DNA of 64,000 nt, taken from contig OZ025787.1 of the NCBI GenBank assembly GCA_964019425.1, positions 930,001-994,000 of the forward strand, given 5' to 3'. The DNA is from Flectonema sp. DT1601 (lineage: Eukaryota). Shown here in pieces: positions 35,016 through 47,728 of this stretch. The translations under genes were made by a program, and so were the position numbers. The notes beneath the pieces are model-generated. The model did not search any database. It was not told the DNA's origin and saw only the letters and a program-made list of their open reading frames with translations. Every line of letters starts with the position of its first letter. Position 1 is the first letter of the stretch.

Positions 35016-36966
35016 CGTTCCCCCGAGAGATCGGTAAAATACTTTAAATTTTGTAAGTAGAAAAACCGGAAAATCGGCTCACTGTGAATACAAAATATAA
35101 CATGAACGCAATAATCTGTTGTGATCAAAAGAAATTGACTGCAGTCCTATCGAAAGGACACTGCACAGCTCATAAGTATACCTGTTAATAAGTGTACATC
35201 GATTTTTCAAAAATAAACCAATTAATTCCGGCTGCGAACCAGCGAGGAGATGCAAGGGTACCTTTTGCCTTTTTGCTTTTTTTTTTTTTTTTTTTTTTTG
35301 TGGATTGTCCATTCAATTTTTCTAATGCATCGTTCTTTGCTCAAAGCATCTTGAACGATAGATTACTTGTTCTTATTTTCTATTTTTATTTATTTTTTTT
35401 TTTTTTTAAATGTCATTGGCTACCAATAAACAATACTATTTTACCTTCCAAAATGCTGGAGAACACACAAAGCAGCCAACAGGACTTTTCATAAATAAAA
35501 AAGAGCGTAGTGAGGGGTCGAAAAAGAAAGGGGAAAGCAACTAAAAAACCGTATTAACGAACCTTTATTTGTTTGTTTATTTATTTTTTTTATTTTTTTT
35601 GCACATGAGCAGACTGACACATACCTTGTGATACTTAAAAGACAATAAGCTTTTTTACAAGACAGGGGCAGACTATACTCGAACCAAAAAATGAAAGCTT
35701 CAGTGATACTGCTCAGCCGAAGATCTCATCAACCACAATGAAAATACCCCAAGCAATAGTAGGGAGGTTTTCAAGCACGGCATTAAAAAAGAAAAGGGGT
35801 GGGAGAAGGAAAGCTCTTTAGCAAAATGTAGTATAATTTCTTGCCAACGTCGGCGGATAGAAAATGTTCGCTCGGATCTATCTGAGTATAGTTAACTTAT
35901 CGAAAGAAAACTACAAGGATAGGAAGGGGGAATAAAAAAAAATTAAAAAAAAGAAAGAAAAAAAATTGCTTTTGCTATTCCTCTGAAAAAGAACTCTCGC
36001 GAAGGGAAAAATTTTACCTAAAAAACCAATCAAATCAGATCATCGCACAGGGGAGAGGCAAGGAAGGAGGAAAACAGTTAATTATCATACTTACAACTTC
36101 AGCAACAACAATATAGCAGTCCCTTATTTATTCATGGCGTTGCTGCACAAAGGCACGCATGTTAAATAAGTGATCACGATGATACCAAAACACATTTCAT
36201 GGTTAATTCGCTAACTTAACTGGTACACACAATGTGTGCGACAGGGGGGGTTAAAAAACGTCTTGGGGTGTAGACTCACAATTTGATATGGGTGTTTTTT
36301 TTCTTTTTTCTTTTTTTCTTTTTTTTTCTCTTTAACTTAAAGTTAAAGGAAAAAATGGGAAAATAACGCGACTCTGTCACTAACACACGCTGGTTGCTCA
36401 AGACGCAGTTACTTCTTTTGCAAAAAAAAAAAAGAGGGGGGGAAAAGGTACAGACCTATCTGTGGTCCCTACAAGGGAAATAAGTCTCTTGAGTACAACA
36501 AGCTTTCACTTTGCACAGCACGACGCTTGCATAGCTAGAGGCATGGCCCGGGGCAACAATAGATAATATTAAAATAGTTTGCTAAATCAGTTTGCGCAAA
36601 AAGCATTCTTTCATAAAGAAAAGAAGATCATTATTGCACAGATTTCTCACTAATTATCCTTGTTGTTGTACTGGCGCTGAAGACTTGTGTGATAAGAACG
36701 AAAAGAAAAAAGAAAAACGGGGGAAATCAAGCAAAAAAATTCAGAAAATAGCGATCCATGTATTTAATATTGCTAACATGAAAGTCAAAGTTCAAGTTTT
36801 GAATTTTTACCCTTAATAGAGATTCGATGAAGGCAATTTAATCACTTAGGGAACAACCCAAAAGAACAAAATTAATTCTTTGAGGAACCGTATTGGTAAT
36901 ACATACCGATGAAATAATGGGAGGAACAATTCAAAACTATGTTAAGAAATCGTGTCGAGTTGTTCC

Positions 36967-37000
<34 letters not shown>

Positions 37001-39665
37001 CCTCTCCCTCGCAAGCTCACCACCCTATGGATTACTACATAGTGCAAGCATGCAACTTTTGAGAGTGACTGCTATGTTTTCCTCCTCCCTAATTCTTTTT
37101 CGTTTTTTTTTTTTTTTTTTTAAATATTTAGTTCATCCCTCTTCAAAGAGGAAAGTTTATTTCTTTGAAAAATTCATTTTTGATTTTTTTTTTTTTTTTT
37201 TTTTTTTTTTCAGAAAAAAGACAAAACAGTACCCTCAGAACCTCAGAACCCAACCTCACAAGCTGTTTTTTCTGTTATTTTATTTATTTTTTTTTTTTTT
37301 TAATTATTTTGGAGGTGTGAAGGAGAGGCGCAGGAATTTCCTCTTCATGATGTTCTTTCTACAACAAACGAAACTGAGGGGCAGGGATGAGAAAGTGAGC
37401 GGAGGGGAAAGAACAATAAAAAAATCATAATAATTTTTTTTTTTTTCCTTTAAAAACGTGTACTAGTGGGAAAGTGTCAATGAAAAATATAAAAAATTAA
37501 AAAAAAAAAGGAGACCAGTGCGACAAATCAATTGTGGAATAAAGAACGAAATATCTCCAACATCATTTATTATTTTATTTTTTTTATCGAAGGCAAAGCA
37601 CTTAGATTCCGGGTTACGCTTACAGAGGATCAATCAATCGATACCACACAGCCGTAAGGTTCCCTTAGGTGATCTAGGGACGTAGTTTCTGACAGTGCTT
37701 ATGTTAATCACGTTCTCTTTTTTTTATACCACTTTTTTTTTTTTAAAAAAATAAGGGAGAAAAAAGGGTGGGGGGAAACCATCCGATATTTGCCAACGAA
37801 AAGTACAACTTCATAACTGTAAATAAAAAGTACGTATTAACGGATTTTTTTTTCAGCATCAATAGAAGAAAGAACAGAAAATAAAAAAGGGTTCGTTGAT
37901 CCTCTTATTCGCTCTTTTTCATTAAGTTTAGCTTTGGTTTTTTCGCACCGACAAAGTCGGAGAAGAAACTATTCAGATTAAGAGCCATTTATTTATCATA
38001 TCGTCTATTTCCCTGTGCGCCAGTAATACTGTCTGCGATCAACAAAATATAATATAAGGCTTTATCTGAATGGTTTTTTTTTCTTTTTTTTCTTGTTTTT
38101 TTTTCTTTCCATTTTCCTTTCTCTGATTCGTACACGGTTCACTCTTGTAAGTGTTTTTTTTTTTTTTTTTTTTTTTTTGCTGTAAGGTGGACCGTTGTCC
38201 ATAAATGAGAGGGACTGACAATTACTTATTTTTTTATTTCATTTTTTTTTTTTTTTTTGTTTGAATTTTTTTTTTTTTTTTTTCCATCTCGTAGACTATC
38301 AATCATCATTTTGTTGAGCTCGAAGATAAAAGCCTTTCATCCGAACCCATTTGGTAAGTAAGTTGATTGACACGTCGCTGTGCTCTCAATCGATTTGTTA
38401 TGATAGAAAGAAAAACAGATGTGAAAGCCAAACACTGACCACTGCAAGTTTAAGCTATCAGCCAGTACGACTTTAGAGATATGCCAAGCACATCACCTGC
38501 CACGACCAGGGAGTTTCGTGTGAGAAATCACCGGCCACAAATGAAAGAAGTTTTTCCACCCGTTGATTAGCACAAACTTTTTGGTTTGTCCTTGTCAAGA
38601 GTTTTTATCGATGGTTGCCACGCGTAAGTAATTGTTGTTTGTGTGCACCCTTTCTTTTGTAAGAAACAATAATAATAAAAGGGAAAAGAAGTGAAAAAGG
38701 TGATGTGCCCAACCTTCTGTGTCCAGAGAAACACTCTCATGGACGGCCGACAAGATGCCTTTTTTTTTTTTTTTTTTTTTTAAAATAAAAGTTTTTTTTT
38801 TTTTCTTTAATACCTGTCGGCTTAAGTCACTAAGTGTACAAAACTAAATGGTGTTCATAACAAAGGGGGAATGGGAGGGAAAGGCAAATAATAAGCAGGG
38901 AAATACAAGATCAACAAAAAAAAAAAAGAAAAAAAAATTCCGAGTGCTTCCCACTTTGAGAATAAGAACCTGCCGTACTTCCTCAGCAATTAATACTTAC
39001 TTTATCATTGCAAAGCGAGATACGTTTATGTCTTTCCCCGGAAGACAATTATCTAATACGTTCCGAAAATTGGCTCTTAACTCGAGTCACATGCTCTACG
39101 CTTATCATTCGCACTGTAGGCTACCACGCACGAAATGATCAAACGTAGCTGACAAGTCTGGAGCCTCTACCGCGGTGGGGAAGATGAACGGGAGAGGAAA
39201 TACGAGGAATATTACACAAGACTCTCTACTCAGAAAGGGGGGGAAAAGAGGGGAATGGAAAAAGAAAAGAAGCATCAGAAAAGGGAAAAAAGAAGTTAAA
39301 CAAAACGAAACTTTCCTTTGTCAGGGTTGGGGCATCCCAAGAAGGGAAGGAAGGAGACTGTCCGCAAATTAGTGTCACAAGCGGAAGCTGCGATAACCAC
39401 TCAGAGCTAGAATCGCCCCTGATGGCTGTACTCGGAAGAGGTTTGGCACCAGAGGACAGTTATTTTAAATAATTGATAAGACTAACTAATGAATAGTAAT
39501 AACAGCTGTCAGTTCACTTCTCGATAGCACACCACACGTGACTGTGCTCCAGCTTCGGCAAACAGTTCCACAGCCCAGCAGGCTGCATCATACAGTCCCA
39601 AGGAGGGGCACAGCACACAGATCGTGAAATGAGGGAGGCACCATGAGTTGGGGAGGGAGGGGTCT

Positions 39666-41981
39666 CTATCCTCCACCTCTGTATAATTTTTTGTTTTTAT
39701 CGAGGCAGTCGAGGGTGAATTTCATTTCAGGCAGCATTTCTGCGACACTGGAGAAGAGAGGAGCAACAATATAATTCATGAACGACACCTGACCAGCTGG
39801 GAAGTCGGTATCATGAGAGCGTCTGTTCATGAATGGAGAAATGGTGAGGCCGATTGATGCCTCAGCATCTCCTTGTAGATAGAATTCATCACAGATCCGT
39901 CTTGCCCATTGTTGATAAATTTCAGTAGGTCTTCCACAGTTACTAATGTCAGCCAGTTTGATTGCTATAACTAGAGCGAGTCTGACGTCTTCTTTCTTCT
40001 TTCCCCAGTCAGCTCCGTCACCCATCCGCCTTCTAAAAGCTGAGAAGATCTTCGCATGATTTCCCATATCAGTGGAGAGTAACATCTCTACGACTGTGTC
40101 TCGAATATCTTTACGTTGATCGTCATTCATTGTTTGTAAAATATCATATTTCGGATGGTTCATAAGTTCAAACACAGTCGTGCAATGATGATTTTCCAAT
40201 ACTGACCTATCGTTGTACAGAGTGCTGTTATTGTTGTTGTTGTTTTTTGTGTTAAAAAAAAAGTTAAAGCAGTGGAGACAGCGTTGCGTGTGTCAAGAGT
40301 CATCAAAGAAGGAGATAATAAACACATACCCTAAATAAGCAGAAACTTTTGTATGAAAGTTATTATTAAATCCTGGATGGTTGTAATCGTGAATAGCCGA
40401 TGCGATAAGCGCCGCAAATGAATCCTCAGCGGTCAAGCGACATGCCTGTAATAGTAATTGTTACAAGAGTTAAAAAGGTCATCGTAATTCTAACAAAATA
40501 AAAAACACAAAACACATACTGATTTCATATTACCTACAGTAATAATGTAGTGGGTTATTTGCATAACGTCAGCTGCGTGAAGAGCGTTGTGATATGCGTT
40601 TGGTAGGTATCTGTTATTAGAATTGGTTTGCTTATATCATTTTCTGCCGACCACAACGCAAACAAACAAATACATACCCAGCTTGTACCCCAGTAAAGAA
40701 ATTAACTACTGTTTCTTTTGGTATCTTAAAATGGTTCATAAAACCATATTTTAGAAATAGTGCATAGGAGGTGTAAAATAACGCTTTGCCGCCAGTGATT
40801 TCATCTATTAGGAAGCAATCATATGACCATCGATCAATATGTTCAAAGCACTCAATAAGTTGCCAAACTTTATCATCTGGTAGAGCGTCCACCAGTTCAA
40901 TAATGTCTGGATCTGTAGGTCGTTTAGTAAGCCCTTCCACGTTACTGACAGTTGCTTCTTCGATACGACCGTCTTCCATGAGTCGGAGCCAAGTACTTTC
41001 ATGTTCTGCTTCTTGCGGTATGTAATAACTTGAAAATTCACAATGCGTAAATGGTCTTGGTCCGCCTAATGAATACAATCCATCCAGTGGATGTATTTTA
41101 TTGCCTTCCTTCAACTTACGAATATTCTTAACGACTTTATCAACTTGTGCTTGTAGTTGAGAACTTTCTTTGTGAATTTTTTGCCATTTTTCTCTGAGAG
41201 GATCTAATTTACTACCTCCACCTTGAAAGACTTTTTCGTGGTAATCCGCTGAGGCTTCTTCCATGTTTAATACTGCCTCTCGGCGTTCAGCTTCGTCCTG
41301 TTTGATTATTTATAATATGGTTTTGTTATTGTTGAAAAGGAATTCAGAGAGTTACAATAAATTAAAACACACCTCCTTCATCTCTCTACTCTTTTTATCT
41401 GGTGAATGCAGCGCAGTACTAACGTTTGGTACTTTCTTCCTGTGATAGGATTCACTGAAGGGCTCTATGAAATGTTCCCAAAGAGAGCCGTTCTTCTGAA
41501 CGTCAAGCTCAACAGTGAATGTGAATCCTTTCTCTTTTTTGAATGAGATTTCAATGGTACGTCCGCCATTTCGAACTTGTAATCCTTCCTCTTTTGTGAA
41601 GGCACTGCAGATACTACGCCAAACGATATTCCAACCTGTCGGAAGATTCTTCTCTTTATAAAGTGCGAAATCCGAATCGCTATAATTAGTATAATGAAAT
41701 ACATTAGAAGATCTGTTGTATACAGCAAAGACTACTCCGTGAAGACCTGCTTCTGGAGCATAGTGGGAAACTACGTATGTGGCTTCTTCAGTACAAATAT
41801 CCTTTATAAGTGGGGCTGGGCATATTTTCTCTCTCGATGGAAGGGGTACTGCAACTATTGGGCTTGCCACTGGCGGGCTTTTCGTTGTTTTATACGCAGT
41901 GTTGTCCTCATATTCTTCGTGTGGTTCAACCTGGTACTGTTCTTGTGGTTTAGCTGCTTTCTGCCCTCCACCGCAACCCAT
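39666..41981 (-). CDS. Class I cyclic nucleotide phosphodiesterase (5 exons, ~664 aa)
   Basis: Exons 41981-41373, 41297-40678, 40610-40520, 40445-40330, 40224-39666. Splicing restores YHNALHAADV, IHDYNHPGFNN, LYNDRSVLENHH, LSTDM, KLADISN and EFYLQGD. MGCGG N-terminus suggests myristoylation/palmitoylation. Confidence 0.95.
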
Positions 41982-42339
41982 CTTTACTTTTCTTAATTAA
42001 CTACTTTTTTACTGCTGTTGCTTTCCTTCTTTTCAACAATCTGGTTCCGACCTCAAACGAAACTCTTACTGGTAAGAGGGGAGGGGTTACAGTACAACAA
42101 GAGCTATCACTTCATTTTTCAATAACGAAACCCTCGGTTCCTGTTGGTTTGAAAATAACATAAACAACTCCGAACGATAACGAAACTAAAGTGAAATAAA
42201 TTAGAACAGAATTTGTTAACAATAGGAACAGAATTGGGGTTTTTTTTTTTTTTTTTTTTAAATCAGTTTACATGTACATAATAACTTTAAACACAAATGT
42301 GTAACACCACACCACAAGAATGAATGATATTGTTAAATA

Positions 42340-43185
42340 TCAACCTAAGAAAGATCCATGTGAAGCTACAACGTTCTCGTTATCTAATTTACCTAACACT
42401 TGATTGTTTTCAAGTTGTGGGACGCTTCCTTTTTTTATAGTTAGAGACCCGTTACACATATTCTCTCTTAGGGTACCCATACCCTCTTGTGATACGATGA
42501 TGGCGTGGATGTTGCAAGTACTGATATTATTACGCTCAACTACTGGGTCAGCTCCTTGTACAATGTATATTCCAAAGGTTACGCAGTCTTGAATTGTGTT
42601 GCCTTCAACGATTCCTTTTGATCTCTTTCTTAGAAATATTCCAAAATGACAACTGTGGATTCTGTTTCTTCGAATTATAACATCAGCTCTGTTTACGTGG
42701 ATCCCATTCACACGAGCATCATGAATCTCATTATCTTCTATAGTAGCACGACCACCTTCAGCAACATATATACAATCCCCTCCTTGTCTTGCATGGTGGA
42801 TTGTGTTTCGGATAATCGTAGGGTTCGCGTCTTTTCCAACTTTTATTCCGTCGAAACCTTCCGAAATATCACACCCTTCAATAGTTATGTCTCCCGAGCG
42901 CACTTCAATCTGACTTGTGACTGAGATATTTCGAATGGTTCCTCCAGTTTTGGCAACAACTCCTCCGTTTATAATAATGTCAGTAATCTCACTGTCGCTG
43001 TCACCTTCTATTGTGATGTTTTTATCGATGACTATCTTTTCGTCGTATTCTCCGATTTTTACGATTACCGTATCTCCATCTTGACATACTTTCAAAGCGT
43101 CAGTTACGGTCCTAAAATCAGCTGTTCCATTTGACATCACAACAAACTGACGAGACTCCGAAACTATCGCTCCGCTTGAGGCCAT
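42340..43185 (-). CDS. Right-handed parallel beta-helix (pectin-lyase-like/PbH1) protein (281 aa)
   Basis: DFRTVTDAL..GDTVIVKIGEYDEKIVIDK cap, followed by repeated (I/V)xxNxIxx..GI(Y/F/H)V rungs. Confidence 0.88.
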   Translation of the reverse strand: MASSGAIVSESRQFVVMSNGTADFRTVTDALKVCQDGDTVIVKIGEYDEKIVIDKNITIEGDSDSEITDIIINGGVVAKTGGTIRNISVTSQIEVRSGDITIEGCDISEGFDGIKVGKDANPTIIRNTIHHARQGGDCIYVAEGGRATIEDNEIHDARVNGIHVNRADVIIRRNRIHSCHFGIFLRKRSKGIVEGNTIQDCVTFGIYIVQGADPVVERNNISTCNIHAIIVSQEGMGTLRENMCNGSLTIKKGSVPQLENNQVLGKLDNENVVASHGSFLG

Positions 43186-43425
43186 AGTGAAGAGATTGTG
43201 TCTGGAAGAAAAAAATAAATAAATTATTATTTGAAAATTTTCAATTTTTTTTTTTTTTTTTGAAATTGACTCGTGCTTCAGGAATAGGGATCTTCAGAAA
43301 ATAGTGACGTAATATAAACCAGCAATCCTGAGCCTAGATACAGGTTCCTTTTTGCATCAGGTGCTGTAATTACACTGAGACGCTATACTCGTCAGAAGCA
43401 CTCGCAGTTTGACCATTTTGTTGGT

Positions 43426-43465
<40 letters not shown>

Positions 43466-44509
43466 GTATAAAATTTTAAGAAAAAAGAAGAAAAAAAAAC
43501 AGTGTAGACGTAGAGAAAGAAAGTTGTACGGTCGCAATTTGTTAAAAAGTATAGAAAGTGTTTCTATAATAATAACTATCAAAATTAGAACTACTCCAAA
43601 AAGGTGTTTGGTAATTCGTATTGGCAATCATTTCTTCTCACAGATAAAACCCATAGAGCTAGTTGGAAAAAGAGAGGCAAAAAAAAAAGAAAAAAATCCC
43701 AATTTAGGTAAAAAAACGGTTTACGAAAGACTGTCGGCAGAAACTGCATACGGTCGAATAAATGACGACAGGATTCAGCAAAAAAAAAAGCACAATCCGA
43801 AAGCACTCATTGAGTGACCGAGTTAGAAAGTTAACAACAACACAAAAAGACACACTTAATTTTTAAAAAAAAAAAAAAAAAAGTATCATATTATTATCAT
43901 ATTATATTTGATTTCAATTTATTGGTAACAGCGAATTCTGCTCACCGACTCCCAAAAAAGTGATCCAAGTCAGAGTAATAAAAAACACGCGGATAACCAC
44001 CACAAAGCTGAGAAGGCTGAGAGATGGAAAAAATTAACAACAAAGTGGAATCAATGAGTTTTGTTATAAATTTACTTTTAAAATATTGTGAAAGGATAAA
44101 TAAAAATAACAAGAATTGCCCCCAGTAGCGAGCGTGTGAGGCTCAATGTAATGTTTATTCTACGTTTTCTTTTTCGTTCTTCGTATGAGAAATCGCACGC
44201 ACTAAGTCAGTTCGTACTTTTCTTACTCGCAGAATTAGTTTGTTGTGGTATTATGAACCCCTCGCTCTGGACAATTCATAAAAGGACACGCACGCAGCCT
44301 CGGTCGTTATAATGACCTGTAATAAATGAAACAAAAAAAATTCAACTTTCTTTCTTTCTTTCTGTTCTTTCAAATTAGTATTTCTTACACAAGTACAAAG
44401 ATGCCAACAGTGATAGCTTAGCAACCAAACAGTAGTTCAGTGTCAGATTCAGTGCGTTACTTTCGTTGTGTGGTTTTAGAAGAACTAGAATTTCTAATAA
44501 TTTCACAAC

Positions 44510-47500
44510 TTAATTGATGAAGTGATGACTGATAGCAATCTCCCTCGGTGGGCAAGCAGCAACTTCTCTTGGCGGACAAGCGGCGACTTCCCTTGGCGGA
44601 CAGGCAGCAACTTCCTTTGGTGGACAAGCGGCGACCTCCTTTGGCGGACAAGCGGCAACCTCCTTTGGCGGACAAGCGGCGACCTCCTTTGGCGGACAAG
44701 CAGCAACCTCCCTTGGTGGGCAAGCAGCGACCTCTCTTGGCGGACAAGCAGCGACCTCCTTTGGTGGACAAGCGGCGACTTCCTTTGGTGGGCAAGCAGC
44801 AACCTCCCTTGGCGGACAGGCAGCAACTTCCTTTGGTGGACAAGCGGCGACCTCCTTTGGTGGGCAAGCAGCAACTTCTTTTGGCGGACAAGCAGCAACT
44901 TCCTTTGGTGGACAAGCGGCAACTTCTTTTGGCGGACAAGCGGCAACTTCTTTTGGCGGACAAGCAGCAACTTCCTTTGGTGGACAAGCGGCGACCTCCT
45001 TTGGTGGGCAAGCAGCAACTTCTTTTGGCGGACAAGCAGCGACCTCCTTTGGTGGACAAGCGGCGACTTCCTTTGGTGGGCAACCAGCAACCTCCCTTGG
45101 CGGACAGGCAGCAACTTCCTTTGGTGGACAGGCAGCAACTTCTTTTGGCGGACAAGCAGCAACTTCCTTTGGTGGACAAGCGGCGACCTCCCTTGGCGGA
45201 CAGGCAGCAACTTCCTTTGGTGGACAAGCGGCAACTTCTTTTGGCGGACAAGCAGCAACTTCTTTTGGCGGACAAGCAGCAACTTCCTTTGGTGGACAAG
45301 CGGCAACTTCTTTTGGCGGACAAGCAGCAACTTCTTTTGGCGGACAAGCGGCAACTTCCTTTGGTGGACAAGCGGCAACTTCTTTTGGCGGACAAGCGGC
45401 AACTTCTTTTGGCGGACAAGCAGCAACTTCTTTTGGCGGACAAGCAGCAACTTCCTTTGGTGGACAAGCGGCAACTTCTTTTGGCGGACAAGCGGCAACT
45501 TCTTTTGGCGGACAAGCAGCAACTTCTTTTGGCGGACAAGCGGCAACTTCTTTTGGCGGACAAGCAGCAACTTCCTTTGGTGGACAAGCGGCAACTTCTT
45601 TTGGCGGACAAGCGGCAACTTCTTTTGGCGGACAAGCAGCAACTTCCTTTGGTGGACAAGCGGCGACCTCTCTTGGCGGACAGGCAGCAACTTCCTTTGG
45701 TGGACAAGCGGCGACCTCCTTTGGTGGGCAAGCAGCAACTTCTTTTGGCGGACAAGCAGCAACTTCCTTTGGTGGACAAGCGGCGACCTCCTTTGGTGGG
45801 CAAGCAGCAACTTCTTTTGGCGGACAAGCAGCAACTTCCTTTGGTGGACAAGCGGCAACTTCTTTTGGCGGACAAGCAGCAACTTCTTTTGGCGGACAAG
45901 CAGCAACTTCTTTTGGCGGACAAGCAGCAACTTCCTTTGGTGGACAAGCGGCAACTTCTTTTGGCGGACAAGCAGCAACTTCTTTTGGCGGACAAGCGGC
46001 AACTTCCTTTGGTGGACAAGCGGCAACTTCTTTTGGCGGACAAGCGGCAACTTCTTTTGGCGGACAAGCAGCAACTTCTTTTGGCGGACAAGCAGCAACT
46101 TCCTTTGGTGGACAAGCGGCAACTTCTTTTGGCGGACAAGCGGCAACTTCTTTTGGCGGACAAGCAGCAACTTCTTTTGGCGGACAAGCGGCAACTTCTT
46201 TTGGCGGACAAGCAGCAACTTCCTTTGGTGGACAAGCGGCAACTTCTTTTGGCGGACAAGCGGCAACTTCTTTTGGCGGACAAGCAGCAACTTCCTTTGG
46301 TGGACAAGCGGCGACCTCTCTTGGCGGACAGGCAGCAACTTCCTTTGGTGGACAAGCGGCGACCTCCTTTGGTGGGCAAGCAGCAACTTCTTTTGGCGGA
46401 CAAGCAGCAACTTCCTTTGGTGGACAAGCGGCGACCTCCTTTGGTGGGCAAGCAGCAACTTCTTTTGGCGGACAAGCAGCAACTTCCTTTGGTGGACAAG
46501 CGGCAACTTCTTTTGGCGGACAAGCGGCAACCTCCTTTGGCGGACAAGCAGCAACTTCCTTTGGTGGACAAGCGGCGACCTCTCTTGGCGGACAGGCAGC
46601 AACTTCCTTTGGTGGACAAGCGGCGACCTCCTTTGGTGGGCAAGCAGCAACTTCTTTTGGCGGACAAGCAGCAACTTCCTTTGGTGGACAAGCGGCAACT
46701 TCTTTTGGCGGACAAGCGGCAACTTCTTTTGGCGGACAAGCAGCAACTTCCTTTGGTGGACAAGCGGCGACCTCCTTTGGTGGGCAAGCAGCAACTTCTT
46801 TTGGCGGACAAGCGGCGACCTCCCTTGGCGGACAGGCAGCAACTTCTTTTGGCGGACAAGCGGCGACCTCTCTTGGCGGACAGGCAGCAACTTCCTTTGG
46901 TGGACAAGCGGCGACCTCCTTTGGTGGGCAAGCAGCAACTTCTTTTGGCGGACAAGCAGCAACTTCCTTTGGTGGACAAGCGGCAACTTCTTTTGGCGGA
47001 CAAGCGGCAACTTCTTTTGGCGGACAAGCAGCAACTTCCTTTGGTGGACAAGCGGCGACCTCTCTTGGCGGACAAGCAGCAACTTCCTTTGGTGGACAAG
47101 CGGCGACCTCCTTTGGTGGGCAAGCAGCAACTTCTTTTGGCGGACAAGCGGCGACCTCCCTTGGCGGACAGGCAGCAACTTCTTTTGGCGGACAAGCGGC
47201 GACCTCTCTTGGCGGACAGGCAACAACTTCTTTTGGTGGACAGGCATCTTGTTGTTGGTAGGCAGCAGCATCTTCGGGAGACATGTAATCGGCAGCATTT
47301 CCCCAAACTCCAGGAGGAGGTTTCTCACCAAATACCTTTTGATAAGTCAGATGAGTTTGAACGAACACCTTGCGAAGGTAAGCAGAGTTAACTTCGTCTG
47401 GAACGTTATTGGAGTAACCACTCATACGACTTCCATCGTTATGATATGCAGGCTGGTGGTGAATGTAATCACCGTAGTACTTGTTAGAGAAGTTGATGTA

Positions 47501-47728
47501 CATTTCAGTAAATAAGATGTGATTATGCCAAGCTTCATCAACATCCTTACTTGGAGCATTAACACCTGAAATAGTACCACGCCATTGTAATATCATTAGC
47601 TGAATGTATTTGAGGTATTCACAAATAACTTCTTCAAGCTTATCGTTTGACCATCCAGTTTCTTCAGCAAGTCGAAGACGCATACCTTCCGTGTACTCAA
47701 CGCGAGGTATCACAACCGTGGTGACCAT
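44510..47728 (-). CDS. GRDP-like (glycine-rich-domain-protein-like) His-motif domain fused to ~113 CPP(K/R)EVAA repeats (1072 aa)
   Basis: N-terminal EYLKYIQL..APSKDVDEAWHNHILFTEMY..F..YYGDYIHHQP..THLTYQKVFGEKPPPGVW fits the GRDP-like consensus as I recall it. Repeat variation is nearly all synonymous in this frame. Confidence 0.85.
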   Translation of the reverse strand: MVTTVVIPRVEYTEGMRLRLAEETGWSNDKLEEVICEYLKYIQLMILQWRGTISGVNAPSKDVDEAWHNHILFTEMYINFSNKYYGDYIHHQPAYHNDGSRMSGYSNNVPDEVNSAYLRKVFVQTHLTYQKVFGEKPPPGVWGNAADYMSPEDAAAYQQQDACPPKEVVACPPREVAACPPKEVAACPPREVAACPPKEVAACPPKEVAACPPKEVAACPPREVAACPPKEVAACPPKEVAACPPKEVAACPPKEVAACPPKEVAACPPKEVAACPPKEVAACPPREVAACPPKEVAACPPREVAACPPKEVAACPPKEVAACPPKEVAACPPKEVAACPPKEVAACPPKEVAACPPKEVAACPPKEVAACPPKEVAACPPREVAACPPKEVAACPPKEVAACPPKEVAACPPKEVAACPPKEVAACPPKEVAACPPKEVAACPPKEVAACPPKEVAACPPKEVAACPPREVAACPPKEVAACPPKEVAACPPKEVAACPPKEVAACPPKEVAACPPKEVAACPPKEVAACPPKEVAACPPKEVAACPPKEVAACPPKEVAACPPKEVAACPPKEVAACPPKEVAACPPKEVAACPPKEVAACPPKEVAACPPKEVAACPPKEVAACPPKEVAACPPKEVAACPPKEVAACPPKEVAACPPKEVAACPPKEVAACPPKEVAACPPREVAACPPKEVAACPPKEVAACPPKEVAACPPKEVAACPPKEVAACPPKEVAACPPKEVAACPPKEVAACPPKEVAACPPKEVAACPPKEVAACPPKEVAACPPKEVAACPPKEVAACPPKEVAACPPKEVAACPPKEVAACPPKEVAACPPKEVAACPPREVAACPPKEVAACPPKEVAACPPKEVAACPPREVAGCPPKEVAACPPKEVAACPPKEVAACPPKEVAACPPKEVAACPPKEVAACPPKEVAACPPKEVAACPPKEVAACPPKEVAACPPKEVAACPPREVAACPPKEVAACPPKEVAACPPREVAACPPREVAACPPKEVAACPPKEVAACPPKEVAACPPKEVAACPPREVAACPPREVAACPPREIAISHHFIN
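44535..47245 (-). repeat. Coding tandem array of a 24-bp unit (~113 copies)
   Basis: Minus-strand consensus AAA GAA GTT GCT GCT TGT CCG CCA with codon variants. Includes a 648-bp (27-unit) higher-order duplication. Confidence 0.98.

Noticed and set aside
39535..39620. GC-rich stem-loop with ATGA in the PDE 3' UTR as a SECIS element
   Set aside because: Spacing does not fit SECIS geometry, and the PDE has no in-frame TGA and ends in TAG.
44535..47245. CRISPR array or centromeric satellite interpretation
   Set aside because: Units are contiguous with no unique spacers, there are no cas genes, the context is eukaryotic, and variation is codon-structured.
44457..47515. Four additional ~940-1000 aa ORFs in other frames and on the other strand across the 24-bp array
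   Set aside because: They are a by-product of a stop-free 24-bp unit. Unit variants are non-synonymous in those frames, and only the CPPKEVAA frame has a recognisable N-terminal domain.
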